Below the pieces are notes generated by a model, which searched no databases, was not told the origin of the DNA, and was given only the letters and a program-made list of their open reading frames with translations. Position numbers and translations under genes: made by a program. Of a stretch of DNA of 64,000 nucleotides, positions 55,445-64,000 are shown one piece after another (the stretch's first letter is position 1; every line of letters starts with the position of its first letter). Source of the stretch: Candidatus Uhrbacteria bacterium CG10_big_fil_rev_8_21_14_0_10_48_11 (GTDB lineage Bacteria > Patescibacteriota > Patescibacteriia > GWA2-46-9); assembly GCA_002793855.1 (NCBI GenBank), contig PFET01000009.1:21749-85748 (forward strand), in the 5' to 3' direction.

Positions 55445-57088
55445 TTACTTTTTTACCTTTTTTCTTTCTGTACTTCGTTTTTTCGCTGCCCTAATGAACG
55501 CCCGAAAGAGCGGGTTTGGTAAGAGTGGTCTTGAGGTAAACTCGGGATGGAACTGCGTCCCTACAAAAAAGGGATGATCAATAGCTTCTATAATTTCTAC
55601 CAACTCCCCATCTGGCGAAAGGCCCGCAAGGCGCATACCCTTCTTCATGAATCGGTCACGATACTTGTTATTAAACTCGTAACGATGGCGATGACGCTCC
55701 TGAATGGTTCGCTTGCTGTATGCTTCACGGCTAAGCGAGTCGGCACTGAGCACTGCAGGATAACTACCAAGACGCATCGTCGCGCCATAGTTCTTGTCCT
55801 TCAACTTTTGCACCTGATCCAACATGGTATGAATGACTGGGTTCTTGGCTTCAGCGTCAAATTCTTCGCTCGTCGCATCCTTAATACCGCAAACGTCGCG
55901 AGCAAATTCTACGGCCGCAAGTTGCATACCAAGGCATAAACCGAAGTACGGTATTTTTTGCTCCCGCACGTATTTTATCGATCGTATTTTTCCTTCAACC
56001 CCACGGTTACCAAAACCACCTGGTACAATAATCCCATCAAACTGATTAAGCTCTTTTACCTTGCGAGCGTCTTTTTCGTATTCTTCTGCGTTAAGCCAAC
56101 TAATTTCCGGCTGACGTCCCTCTGCCCAGGCTGCGTGCCTTACGGCTTCAATGACTGAAATGTAGGAGTCCGAAAGGGTAAAATTTCCAGTACCAAAGTA
56201 TTTTCCAACAATGCCAATTTTTACCGGCTCTTGTAGACGACGAATTTTGGCGACTAACTTACGCCACTCGTCCATATTTTTCTTCTTCGGCTTTAGCTTT
56301 AACTTGGTGAGCAGTTTGTCGCTTAATTTTTCTCGTTCAAAATTAACCGGTATTTCATAAATAGAAGCAACGTCAGGAGCTGAAATTGCGGCGCTTGGTT
56401 CGATACCGCAAAAAATAGCAAGACGCTTTCTTCTTGGGGCGTCAATTTCTTTTTCCGCGCGACACAAAATAAAATCAGCCTGCAGCCCTGCAGAGTTTAA
56501 TGACCGCGACGCGTACTGTGTTGGTTTTGTTTTCATCTCCCCAACCGCCTTCGGTATCGGAAGGTAGCTCACTAGCACCAAGGCTACATCTTCTGGATGC
56601 TTCAACTTAAGTATACGAATGGCTTCAAGGAACAAAATGTTTTGATATTCACCAACGGTGCCCCCTATCTCAATAACGGTAACGTCAGCCTTGCCGCGTT
56701 TTCCCGCCACGTTAATGCGTCGAATAATTTCATTTGGAATATCTGGCACCACCTCAACATCTTCGCCGTCGTAGCCCAAGTTTCTCTCTCTTTCAATGAC
56801 GCTCTGGTACACTTGTCCGGTCGTAATGTAATTTGCACGCGTTGAGGTAATACCTGTAAAACGTTCGTAGTTACCAAGATCTTGATCGGCCTCGATTCCG
56901 TCTTCGCCGACAAACACTTCACCGTGCTCTGTAGGACGAATGGTTCCGGCATCAATATTGATGTACATATCACATTTTACAACGGCAACCTTGTACCCAC
57001 GACTTTGTAAAATTTTTGCAATTGAAGCCGTTGATACCCCCTTACCGACACTTGACATAACACCACCTACAACGAAAATATATTTCAT
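55445..57088 (-). CDS. pyrG: CTP synthase.
   Basis: The N-terminal synthetase P-loop is VGGVMSSVGKG. The C-terminal class-I glutamine amidotransferase has GLCLGMQ. Confidence 0.9.
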   Translation of the reverse strand: MKYIFVVGGVMSSVGKGVSTASIAKILQSRGYKVAVVKCDMYINIDAGTIRPTEHGEVFVGEDGIEADQDLGNYERFTGITSTRANYITTGQVYQSVIERERNLGYDGEDVEVVPDIPNEIIRRINVAGKRGKADVTVIEIGGTVGEYQNILFLEAIRILKLKHPEDVALVLVSYLPIPKAVGEMKTKPTQYASRSLNSAGLQADFILCRAEKEIDAPRRKRLAIFCGIEPSAAISAPDVASIYEIPVNFEREKLSDKLLTKLKLKPKKKNMDEWRKLVAKIRRLQEPVKIGIVGKYFGTGNFTLSDSYISVIEAVRHAAWAEGRQPEISWLNAEEYEKDARKVKELNQFDGIIVPGGFGNRGVEGKIRSIKYVREQKIPYFGLCLGMQLAAVEFARDVCGIKDATSEEFDAEAKNPVIHTMLDQVQKLKDKNYGATMRLGSYPAVLSADSLSREAYSKRTIQERHRHRYEFNNKYRDRFMKKGMRLAGLSPDGELVEIIEAIDHPFFVGTQFHPEFTSRPLLPNPLFRAFIRAAKKRSTERKKVKK

Positions 57089-57537
57089 AAGTATGTTTGT
57101 TCTTGTACAGAAAGATAAATAGTTACCTCTCCCACCTTGGGAACAGAGATAACGATTGGATGCTTACCGATTGTTTTGATCGGTTCAGCCAATTTAATGT
57201 CAGCTTCAGAAATGAAAAATTTTTTGCCCACAAGCAAGGCGACAATCTCTTGCGGATGTACCGCCGAAAAAAGTGTCCCCTGGTCATTGCTCTTCTTTTT
57301 AAGTGAAAATGCTTTGCCAGAAATCCGCTCTAGGACGCTGGCCATCTTTTGTTGCTTCATGACACGCCCTCGCTCCTGCTGAGCCATACCGGTCTTTAGC
57401 ACCTTAACGCGCTCGGTGCTGGCCGGTTCAGCAAGCCCGTTAGCCACCAGGTAATTCCGTGCGTATCCTTCACGCACCTCTCGTATACTACCGGCTACGC
57501 CTAATGATGGCACATTTTTTTTTAAAATAACTCTCAT
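57085..57537 (-). CDS. rplI: Ribosomal protein L9.
   Basis: MRVILKKNVPSLGVAGSIREVREGYARNYLVANGLA. The start is taken at that Met. Confidence 0.8.
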   Translation of the reverse strand: MRVILKKNVPSLGVAGSIREVREGYARNYLVANGLAEPASTERVKVLKTGMAQQERGRVMKQQKMASVLERISGKAFSLKKKSNDQGTLFSAVHPQEIVALLVGKKFFISEADIKLAEPIKTIGKHPIVISVPKVGEVTIYLSVQEQTYL

Positions 57538-57541
57538 AAAT

Positions 57542-58807
57542 CTAGCGAAGTAACTGCAAGGCGCGCTCAAGCACGGGATCAGTATCAGCGCTATCCTTCT
57601 CTGGTGTCTTTACCTCAACATCAGGCGCAATACCACCGTCGGCGATAGACCGACCTTTTGGTGTTAACCATTTCGCAACAGTAATCTTAACCGCTGAACC
57701 ATCAGGCAAGTCGCGAAGTTCTTGCACCGAACCCTTACCAAAGGTATTCTCCCCAACAAGCGTCGCCAAGCCATCGTCTTGCAAAGCTCCCGCCACGATC
57801 TCGGCCGCACTCGCACTACCACCGTTCACCAAAACAATGGTCGGCTTACCGTGAAGTTTCGCTATACCTCGATGTTGATGTTCGTTTGTTATACCTCCTT
57901 TAAATTGCTCAACAACGATTGGTCCATCGTCTACCCAATAACTCGCAACATCGACAGCACCCTCTAAATACCCGCCAGGATTATTTCTAAGATCTAAAAT
58001 GATGGCGCGGGGATTACTGGCGAGGAGTGTATCAACCATTTTGGCAAAATTATCCGACGTATCTTCATTAAAATGGGTAACATTAATGTAGCCAATATCC
58101 TTTACCCCTTTTGCTGTTGCTGAAATAAGCTTGCTATCAACTGATGCAATCGTAATAGTGTCGCGAGTAACATCCACGTCAAACACCTTATGCTCACCAT
58201 TAATTCTTTCTAGTGTTAACTTTACGGAACTTCCACGTGGTCCTCGAATTCGGGAAACTGCCTCAACGAGTGTCATTCCGGTGGTATCAGTGCCGTCTAT
58301 TGCTCGAATGGTATCTCCTGCTTCTATTTTTGCTTTAGCAGCCGGCGTATCAGCAAGTGGGGCGATAACAACAATCTGCTCGTTCTTTACTCCGATTTCC
58401 ATACCTATCCCTTCGAAACTTCCTGATAATTCAGAGGTAAAATCTGCGGCTGTTTTTGGATCTAAAAATACAGTGTAGGGATCGCCGACACCAGCCACAA
58501 GTCCAGAAAGGGCACCGTACAATAACTTTGTATCAGCAATAGGTCGTTGCACGTAATTATTTTGCAATAAATTCCACACCTGCCAAAAGAGGGAGAAATT
58601 TACATCGTTCGAAAGAAAGGCCCGCGCTGTCGTGTCCTTGCCTGCAACCGTACCACTACCTAGCGCCTCTTGAATACCTCTCTCTTGACCACTCTTGTAG
58701 CCAGCAATAAAAAAAATGGCGAGTAGTGCCAAGATACTAACCACTGAAAAAAACTTCCTTCTGGAGGAAGCACCACTGTTTAGCCTGAGACCTGGTAAGG
58801 TAACCAT
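57542..58807 (-). CDS. ctp: S41 carboxyl-terminal processing protease with a PDZ domain.
   Basis: An N-terminal TM helix and a PDZ domain are present. The S41 catalytic region reads GGSASAAEIVAGAL...GKGSVQ. Confidence 0.8.
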   Translation of the reverse strand: MVTLPGLRLNSGASSRRKFFSVVSILALLAIFFIAGYKSGQERGIQEALGSGTVAGKDTTARAFLSNDVNFSLFWQVWNLLQNNYVQRPIADTKLLYGALSGLVAGVGDPYTVFLDPKTAADFTSELSGSFEGIGMEIGVKNEQIVVIAPLADTPAAKAKIEAGDTIRAIDGTDTTGMTLVEAVSRIRGPRGSSVKLTLERINGEHKVFDVDVTRDTITIASVDSKLISATAKGVKDIGYINVTHFNEDTSDNFAKMVDTLLASNPRAIILDLRNNPGGYLEGAVDVASYWVDDGPIVVEQFKGGITNEHQHRGIAKLHGKPTIVLVNGGSASAAEIVAGALQDDGLATLVGENTFGKGSVQELRDLPDGSAVKITVAKWLTPKGRSIADGGIAPDVEVKTPEKDSADTDPVLERALQLLR

Positions 58808-58895
58808 ACGTGCATAGTAGCAGAGGGCCTAAGTAGGCGTCAAAGTGAGTTGCTTTGGGGGTATCTTTTCTGCTACGATGCAACCACGAAACACT

Positions 58896-60158
58896 ATGCA
58901 CGAACAAATATACATCGTTGGGGGCAAAGAGCTTACGGGTACTATTGAAGTCCAAGGTGCCAAGAATGCCGGCCTAAAAATGCTTGCAGCAGCTCTTCTT
59001 TCTGAAGAGCCATGCACCATTACCAACTTGCCAAAAATTGAGGATATTGAGCGAATGAAAGAACTTGTGGTATCGCTTGGCGCAAAAATAACTACCTCCC
59101 CACAAGGCACGACTATTGTTGCCAAACAACTGCAAACGACCTTAGAGCCTACAATTACTGGCAAGCTTCGTGCTTCTGCTATTCTTGCTGGACCACTGCT
59201 GGCACGCACCGGAGAGGTCTTTCTCCCTTACCCAGGTGGCTGTAATCTCGGAGAACGTCCTATTGATATCTTTCTTAGCGCTTTTCGTGCGCTCGGTGTC
59301 GCAGAAGAAGAATCCGAAAAAGGATTTCGCCTAACTGCACCCCACGGCCTCGTCGGTGCTACTATTTTGCTTTCTCGGGTAAGCGTTACGGTAACCGAAA
59401 CCGCAATGATGGCAGCCACACTTGCTAAGGGTACCACTACTATTAAAAATGCTGCCATGGAACCTGAGATACCGGCACTCGCTGACTACCTTAATCGTTG
59501 TGGCGCAAAGATAACTGGTGCAGGAACAAGTACTATCAGTATCGTCGGGGTTGAACGCATTGCTGGCGCGGAAATTACGCTCATACCTGATCGTCTTGAT
59601 ACTGGTACCTTTGCCCTACTCGGTGCTATAACAAATAGCGAAATTACTATTGCAAATGCCGAGCCAAATCATCTCGAAATTTTTTGGCAACAATTGGAAC
59701 GTATTGGTGCCAACTTCACGATTGAAGGAAATACCATTAGAACCCACCACCACAATGGTCTTATTGCGCAAAACATTACTACTCATGAGTACCCTGGTTT
59801 TCCAACGGATCTTCAGGCCCCCTACACGGTTGCCATGACTCAGGCCTCTGGTATGTCACTTATCCATGAAACCATTTTTTCTGGACGTCTGTTCTATACT
59901 GATCAGCTACGCTCAATGGGTGCAAACATTATAATGTGCGACCCCTATCGTGTCATCGTCAATGGACCTACAAAACTACGGGGTAGGTTTTTAACGAGTC
60001 CCGACATTCGTGCTGGCATCGCACTTATTCTAGCTGGACTGGTGGCGGAGGGCGAAACGCGAATAGATAACATTTATCAAATTGATCGTGGGTACGAGGA
60101 TATCGTTGGGCGACTTAAAAAACTAGGTGCTGACATTAGCAGAAATCGTCCAGCTTAA
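58896..60158 (+). CDS. murA: UDP-N-acetylglucosamine 1-carboxyvinyltransferase.
   Basis: The EPSP synthase fold is present. The start is taken at MHEQIYIVGGKELTG. The conserved LGERPID loop is present in the form CNLGERPIDIF. Confidence 0.85.
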   Translation: MHEQIYIVGGKELTGTIEVQGAKNAGLKMLAAALLSEEPCTITNLPKIEDIERMKELVVSLGAKITTSPQGTTIVAKQLQTTLEPTITGKLRASAILAGPLLARTGEVFLPYPGGCNLGERPIDIFLSAFRALGVAEEESEKGFRLTAPHGLVGATILLSRVSVTVTETAMMAATLAKGTTTIKNAAMEPEIPALADYLNRCGAKITGAGTSTISIVGVERIAGAEITLIPDRLDTGTFALLGAITNSEITIANAEPNHLEIFWQQLERIGANFTIEGNTIRTHHHNGLIAQNITTHEYPGFPTDLQAPYTVAMTQASGMSLIHETIFSGRLFYTDQLRSMGANIIMCDPYRVIVNGPTKLRGRFLTSPDIRAGIALILAGLVAEGETRIDNIYQIDRGYEDIVGRLKKLGADISRNRPA

Positions 60159-60163
60159 GTCGT

Positions 60164-61534
60164 ATGAACTTTCGCATTAGACGTTTAATTTTCTGGTCGT
60201 TTATTATTGCCTTTTTTTTACTGTCCCCATTTATTATTTTTTATACCGCAGGGTATCGTATCAGCGAAGACGGCTCATTGAGAATTATTAAAACGGGTAC
60301 GCTTATTCTTTCTTCGACACCGCGGCAAGCGTCGATTATACTAAACGGTACGGACAGCGGAAAAGTTACCCCAACTATCATTAAGGGGCTTACCCCTGGT
60401 CGTTACGAAGTAACATTAACAAAAAAGGGATACTTGCCATGGAAAAAACGCATTACCGTTCAGGAGAACAATGCGACCTTTGTCAGCGACGTTAGACTAT
60501 TCAAAGACACTGCTCCTGTTGAGCTCCTAAACAAAACAAATTTGTCATTGTGGTCAAAACCACGAGGGACGCAAATACTTGTTATCGCAAAATCAAATGA
60601 AGCACCGCACTCCTTCGAGCTAAGTCTACTTGCCAAAAATCCTGCAGCGCCTATTGTTCCACTAGCTTCACTTGATGGCGACAGTCTTACCCCAATGGAT
60701 TGGTCAGAAGATGAAACAAGAATCATTATACAACTTGATAAAGAGTGGGTTCTACTTAACCTTGCGACGCACCAAACAACAACACTAAGCTCGTCGGAAA
60801 TTCTAGCGGGGACTTTTGCTCTTCATTATTCTGATAACGGATTACTTTATGCGGCAACGCCTAAACAAATTTACCTACTAGAAAAACAGGCTAGTAAATT
60901 TGTTCCAAGGCCGGTTAACCAAAGCGCATCTGCCTCAACGGTTACAGGACATATAGACGACTTTTGGATAGCGAATAGTAAACTTTATGAAGCTGTTAGT
61001 TTAAATGAAGGATCTTCGTTGCTTCGCGTCTCTAAGCTTGGTTCACTTAATACTGCTTCCGTTGCGCTTGTTGATAGCGGTACCTACCATTATCTAGATA
61101 GCGATGCGACAACCCTACTGTTAACGCACAACAGCGACGTATTGATATATGATATTAGTTCTCTGGCGCCTACCTTAAGGACAACTATTGCTGGCTCGAT
61201 GGAAGCAGTTATTGCTGATACTGGTGCTATTTTATACACGAGAGGCTTTGAATTGCAACGCTACTCTGCTGCCACCAACTCCCACACGCTGCTCGTACGA
61301 ACAACCACACCACTTACTAGTATAGGTTGGCTACCGGGTTCACAGTACGCCCTATTTAGCACAAACAACAATGTATACGCCATCGATACCGAAGGACCAG
61401 AGCTCTATACTTCATGGCTATTACTGCACTACGACGCCTTACAGGGCTACGCCAGCACCGTAGACGGCTCTATTCTGTACTTTGCCGGACAAATGCCTGA
61501 TGGTACCAGTGGACTATTCGAACGTTCACTTTAA
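60164..61534 (+). CDS. Membrane-anchored PEGA-domain protein with a large C-terminal beta-rich region.
   Basis: An N-terminal TM helix and a PEGA motif (ASIILNGTDSGKVTPTIIKGLTPGRYEVTLTKKGYLPW) are present. Confidence 0.55.
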   Translation: MNFRIRRLIFWSFIIAFFLLSPFIIFYTAGYRISEDGSLRIIKTGTLILSSTPRQASIILNGTDSGKVTPTIIKGLTPGRYEVTLTKKGYLPWKKRITVQENNATFVSDVRLFKDTAPVELLNKTNLSLWSKPRGTQILVIAKSNEAPHSFELSLLAKNPAAPIVPLASLDGDSLTPMDWSEDETRIIIQLDKEWVLLNLATHQTTTLSSSEILAGTFALHYSDNGLLYAATPKQIYLLEKQASKFVPRPVNQSASASTVTGHIDDFWIANSKLYEAVSLNEGSSLLRVSKLGSLNTASVALVDSGTYHYLDSDATTLLLTHNSDVLIYDISSLAPTLRTTIAGSMEAVIADTGAILYTRGFELQRYSAATNSHTLLVRTTTPLTSIGWLPGSQYALFSTNNNVYAIDTEGPELYTSWLLLHYDALQGYASTVDGSILYFAGQMPDGTSGLFERSL

Positions 61535-63378
61535 AGCTCTTCGCTTGATAGAGTGTTATTGTCTGATACTGCAGGACTTTCTGCATTCAGCTGTTTTGCC
61601 TCTGGGGTATCTGAACCGACAAGCCAACGCTCTGGCCATGGTCGATAGTAACTCTTAAATTCTTGGGTCTCGACGTGTCCATCATTATACGTAATGGTAT
61701 ACGTAGCAATAGCCGAACCTCCTGCATGGGCATGCTCTAAAAGCTGTTTGCTAGTTGATGCAATAGTATCTGACTCAACATAAATAGGACTACCGGCAGG
61801 TATGGTCGACAACGTGTGTGGTCCATCTACAACAGCACGGCGACCATCTTTGGTACCATAAAGGTCGAAAGTAATAAGATCTCCCTCTACATGCCCGACT
61901 ATCAGAATGTTCTTGCCTGTATCATTTTTAAAACGAAAATCTGGTCGTGGGGAATAAATCGTCGCATCTAGACCGGGACCAATATACTTGCCCTTGGCAT
62001 CCTTCTCATAGTAACTCACACGGTACGAATGGTTCTGCCGCGTGGTAACCGGCAGACCGGCATTGAGTACTGACCGAAATAGCGTAGTTGAAACCTGACA
62101 CAACCCACCACCAAATTCTGGCACCGTGCGATCGCCCTTAATGACCAGTTCGGGCAGATACCCTGTCGTATTGTCAATTTCACCAAGTGCGCCAATAGTT
62201 GAAAATTCATTATCGGGCGCTATCAAGATACCAGTTAAAAACCGGGTACCATTTTTTATGTTTGCAATGCGGTTCTTAGGACTGCCGGCAAACGTTGTCG
62301 TAGCACTTCCAATAAGCTCCTTAATGCCGAGATCTGCTGCGGAACCATCGACGACCGGTTGCCGTACGGCGACCGGTAATGAAAGTTCACTTACTGCCTC
62401 CTTACCAGCAAGACGCGAGGTGAGCGCCTGACGCAAAAGTGAAATGGTGTCAGCTTCTTCCAGTACGCGGCCGGCACGTGGCGCCGTAAATGAGGTAACC
62501 AAATTATCCTTAATAATTACCTGTAAACTTTGAGCAGAAGTATTGACCCTCTCGGCAATACTCGCCACATACTGAGCAATGGCACGGGTATCAAAACTTA
62601 CTACTAGTCGGTTACCCTCTGAGGATGAAGCGAGAAAACCAGCAAGCTCCTTCGGTGTCACCTCGTAATGGCTACCTTGATAAATAAGCGTCAGGGGCGT
62701 TGCAATGACCCGCTTTACCGAAGCAACCGCATCAACGACGGACTGAGGGTCAACGTGCGGCTGTCTCAAAATCTTTTGAGCCGCAATGGCAGAAAAGTCT
62801 AACGTTGCGGCGGCATTGAGTAAATCGTTCCTCAAACGCTGTTGATCAATGACAAATCCCGGCTTTGTATCGTTCAATATTTGTACCTCGGTCCCCTTTA
62901 TAACAAACCTAATATCTCGCCCAGGCTGGTCATACAGCGCAGCGATACCTGCTATCTCATTAGATAATGCAGCCTCATCAGTTACCAACGGAGAAGAAAT
63001 AACGACTGGCCGACTAAGCACTTGATAAAGCTCTTTTATCTGGTTAGCAAAATTTCCTGTTCTCCCTACGGCAGCAGCTTGCTCAACGGCAGCAGTCGCG
63101 TCAACACGAATTCCAAAACGATCCAGATGCACGAGTTGAGTTTGTCCGTCTAGGGTAACAGGGATGCCAACAGCACTAAAGCTTTGTATTCTTCCTTCAA
63201 GCTTGGCTTCTGCTACCGATACCGGAAGACCACCAACATCAACAGAGCCAATGTGGATGTTCGGCAACACGTGACCCGCATAGGCAATGTGAAATAACGC
63301 AATAGCAGTAATCGCAACTAGTGCGATTACTGCTAACATCAAGACTACTTTTTTCCCCGCTACAGTAAAAATACTCAT
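61531..63378 (-). CDS. VanW-family protein, with one N-terminal TM helix.
   Basis: The VanW domain has the conserved GGGLCQVSTTLF. Confidence 0.65.
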   Translation of the reverse strand: MSIFTVAGKKVVLMLAVIALVAITAIALFHIAYAGHVLPNIHIGSVDVGGLPVSVAEAKLEGRIQSFSAVGIPVTLDGQTQLVHLDRFGIRVDATAAVEQAAAVGRTGNFANQIKELYQVLSRPVVISSPLVTDEAALSNEIAGIAALYDQPGRDIRFVIKGTEVQILNDTKPGFVIDQQRLRNDLLNAAATLDFSAIAAQKILRQPHVDPQSVVDAVASVKRVIATPLTLIYQGSHYEVTPKELAGFLASSSEGNRLVVSFDTRAIAQYVASIAERVNTSAQSLQVIIKDNLVTSFTAPRAGRVLEEADTISLLRQALTSRLAGKEAVSELSLPVAVRQPVVDGSAADLGIKELIGSATTTFAGSPKNRIANIKNGTRFLTGILIAPDNEFSTIGALGEIDNTTGYLPELVIKGDRTVPEFGGGLCQVSTTLFRSVLNAGLPVTTRQNHSYRVSYYEKDAKGKYIGPGLDATIYSPRPDFRFKNDTGKNILIVGHVEGDLITFDLYGTKDGRRAVVDGPHTLSTIPAGSPIYVESDTIASTSKQLLEHAHAGGSAIATYTITYNDGHVETQEFKSYYRPWPERWLVGSDTPEAKQLNAESPAVSDNNTLSSEEL

Positions 63379-63411
63379 GGTGGAGGCTTGCTATCCTCCG
63401 CACCTCTCTTG

Positions 63412-64000
63412 CTACTGCTGGGCTGAGGTTTTGGCGGAATCAATAATAGATTGCAGCTGCGAAATAGGCACGGCACCATTGACCGGCGTCTTCTGACCGT
63501 TGGCAATAATCACTGAGTAGGGCGTACCGGTACCGCCCGCGGCAATTGCCTCATCGTATTGATCTTGTACTTTTTGGGTGTACTTACCGCTAGATAAACA
63601 CTTGTTAAAAGCGTTCACATCCAAACCGGCAGCAGATGCTATTTCTGGTAATGCTGATTCATCTAACGTATTGTTTGACGTAGTTCTACTGAAGAGTTCA
63701 TCAAGATACTTCCAGAATCCATCATTTCCACCAAGTTCTGCTGCGCACTCAGTTGCCTCTGCCTCATGCGGGGCTTTGCTGTGTAGAGAAGCCAATGGGA
63801 AATGGCGGTAAACCCAAGCGACTTCACCATTGTTCTGACTGTACACCTGTTGCAACGTGGTATGGAACTGCTTACAGAAAGGGCACTCGGTGTCAGAATA
63901 TTCAACTATTACAACGGGTGCCTTAGGGTCACCAAGAATGTGGTCGCTTGAGCTAACAGGAGCTATTGTGCCGACGGTAGCTGCGGGAGCTTGGTCATTT
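63412..64000 (-). CDS. DsbA-like thiol:disulfide oxidoreductase. Its 5' end lies beyond the window edge.
   Basis: The minus-strand translation near the window end contains VEYSDTECPFCKQFH, a CxxC thioredoxin-fold motif. The frame is still open at position 64000. Confidence 0.6.
   Translation of the reverse strand, partial: NDQAPAATVGTIAPVSSSDHILGDPKAPVVIVEYSDTECPFCKQFHTTLQQVYSQNNGEVAWVYRHFPLASLHSKAPHEAEATECAAELGGNDGFWKYLDELFSRTTSNNTLDESALPEIASAAGLDVNAFNKCLSSGKYTQKVQDQYDEAIAAGGTGTPYSVIIANGQKTPVNGAVPISQLQSIIDSAKTSAQQ

Noticed and set aside
1-64000. Search for CRISPR arrays, tRNA genes, rRNA, transposases or integrases, toxin-antitoxin pairs, and alternative genetic code (UGA recoding).
   Set aside because: There are no spaced direct repeats and no intergenic region large enough for an array. 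I found no GGTTCGAATCC-type T-loops in the non-coding gaps and no transposase or integrase motifs. All conserved genes read through with the standard code and stop appropriately.

Overview
Housekeeping region of a compact bacterial chromosome, about 90% coding with short or overlapping gene junctions. I found no rRNA, tRNA, CRISPR array, transposase or integrase. All calls come from reading the supplied six-frame translations and the DNA by eye. Start codons, domain assignments and motif calls are inferences, and I ran no database search.

Backbone, in order along the window:
- A 5'-partial class-I aminotransferase.
- A degenerate MurF-like Mur-ligase domain protein, then ftsQ.
- An M23 peptidase with a coiled coil, then gltX.
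- A WecB/TagA-family glycosyltransferase fused to a NUDIX domain, next to a ThpR-like 2H phosphoesterase.
- clpB preceded by a perfect CIRCE element.
- A PriA homologue with degenerate ATPase motifs, then def and fmt.
- A surface-glycan cluster: Wzx flippase, one GT4, two GT2, and a Wzy_C/O-antigen-ligase-like protein.
- A ribosomal block: infA, rpmJ, rpsM, rpsK, rpsD, rpoA, rplQ, rplM, rpsI.
- alaS, rluB-like, mnmA.
- secF, secD, a frameshifted MTH1-like NUDIX gene, secA, hpf.
- A cell-wall segment: murB, murC, murG, ftsW, mraY (no murD between mraY and ftsW).
- A CaCA exchanger, then a type IV pilus operon (pilB, pilC, pilM, pilN, pilO-like, one more small protein).
- rpmA with a strong terminator, pyrG, rplI, ctp, murA, a PEGA protein, a VanW protein, and a 5'-partial DsbA-like gene.

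Best candidate for a new system: a tightly packed four-gene minus-strand operon at about 30.5-35.3 kb, behind a near-consensus TTGACA-17-TATTAT promoter. It encodes a protein joining a sigma-70 region-4 helix-turn-helix to a C-terminal HARE-HTH-like module, a 2-TM protein with a large uncharacterised domain, and a soluble TraG/VirD4-like P-loop ATPase carrying a C-terminal zinc ribbon. A tiny 2-TM protein closes the operon.

Other points worth a second look:
- PriA with lost Walker A/B motifs.
- A parvulin-like insertion in SecD.
- rpoA with no alpha-CTD.
- infA with no canonical start codon.
- A NUDIX pseudogene broken at a T-run.
- A possible link between the glycan cluster and pilin glycosylation.
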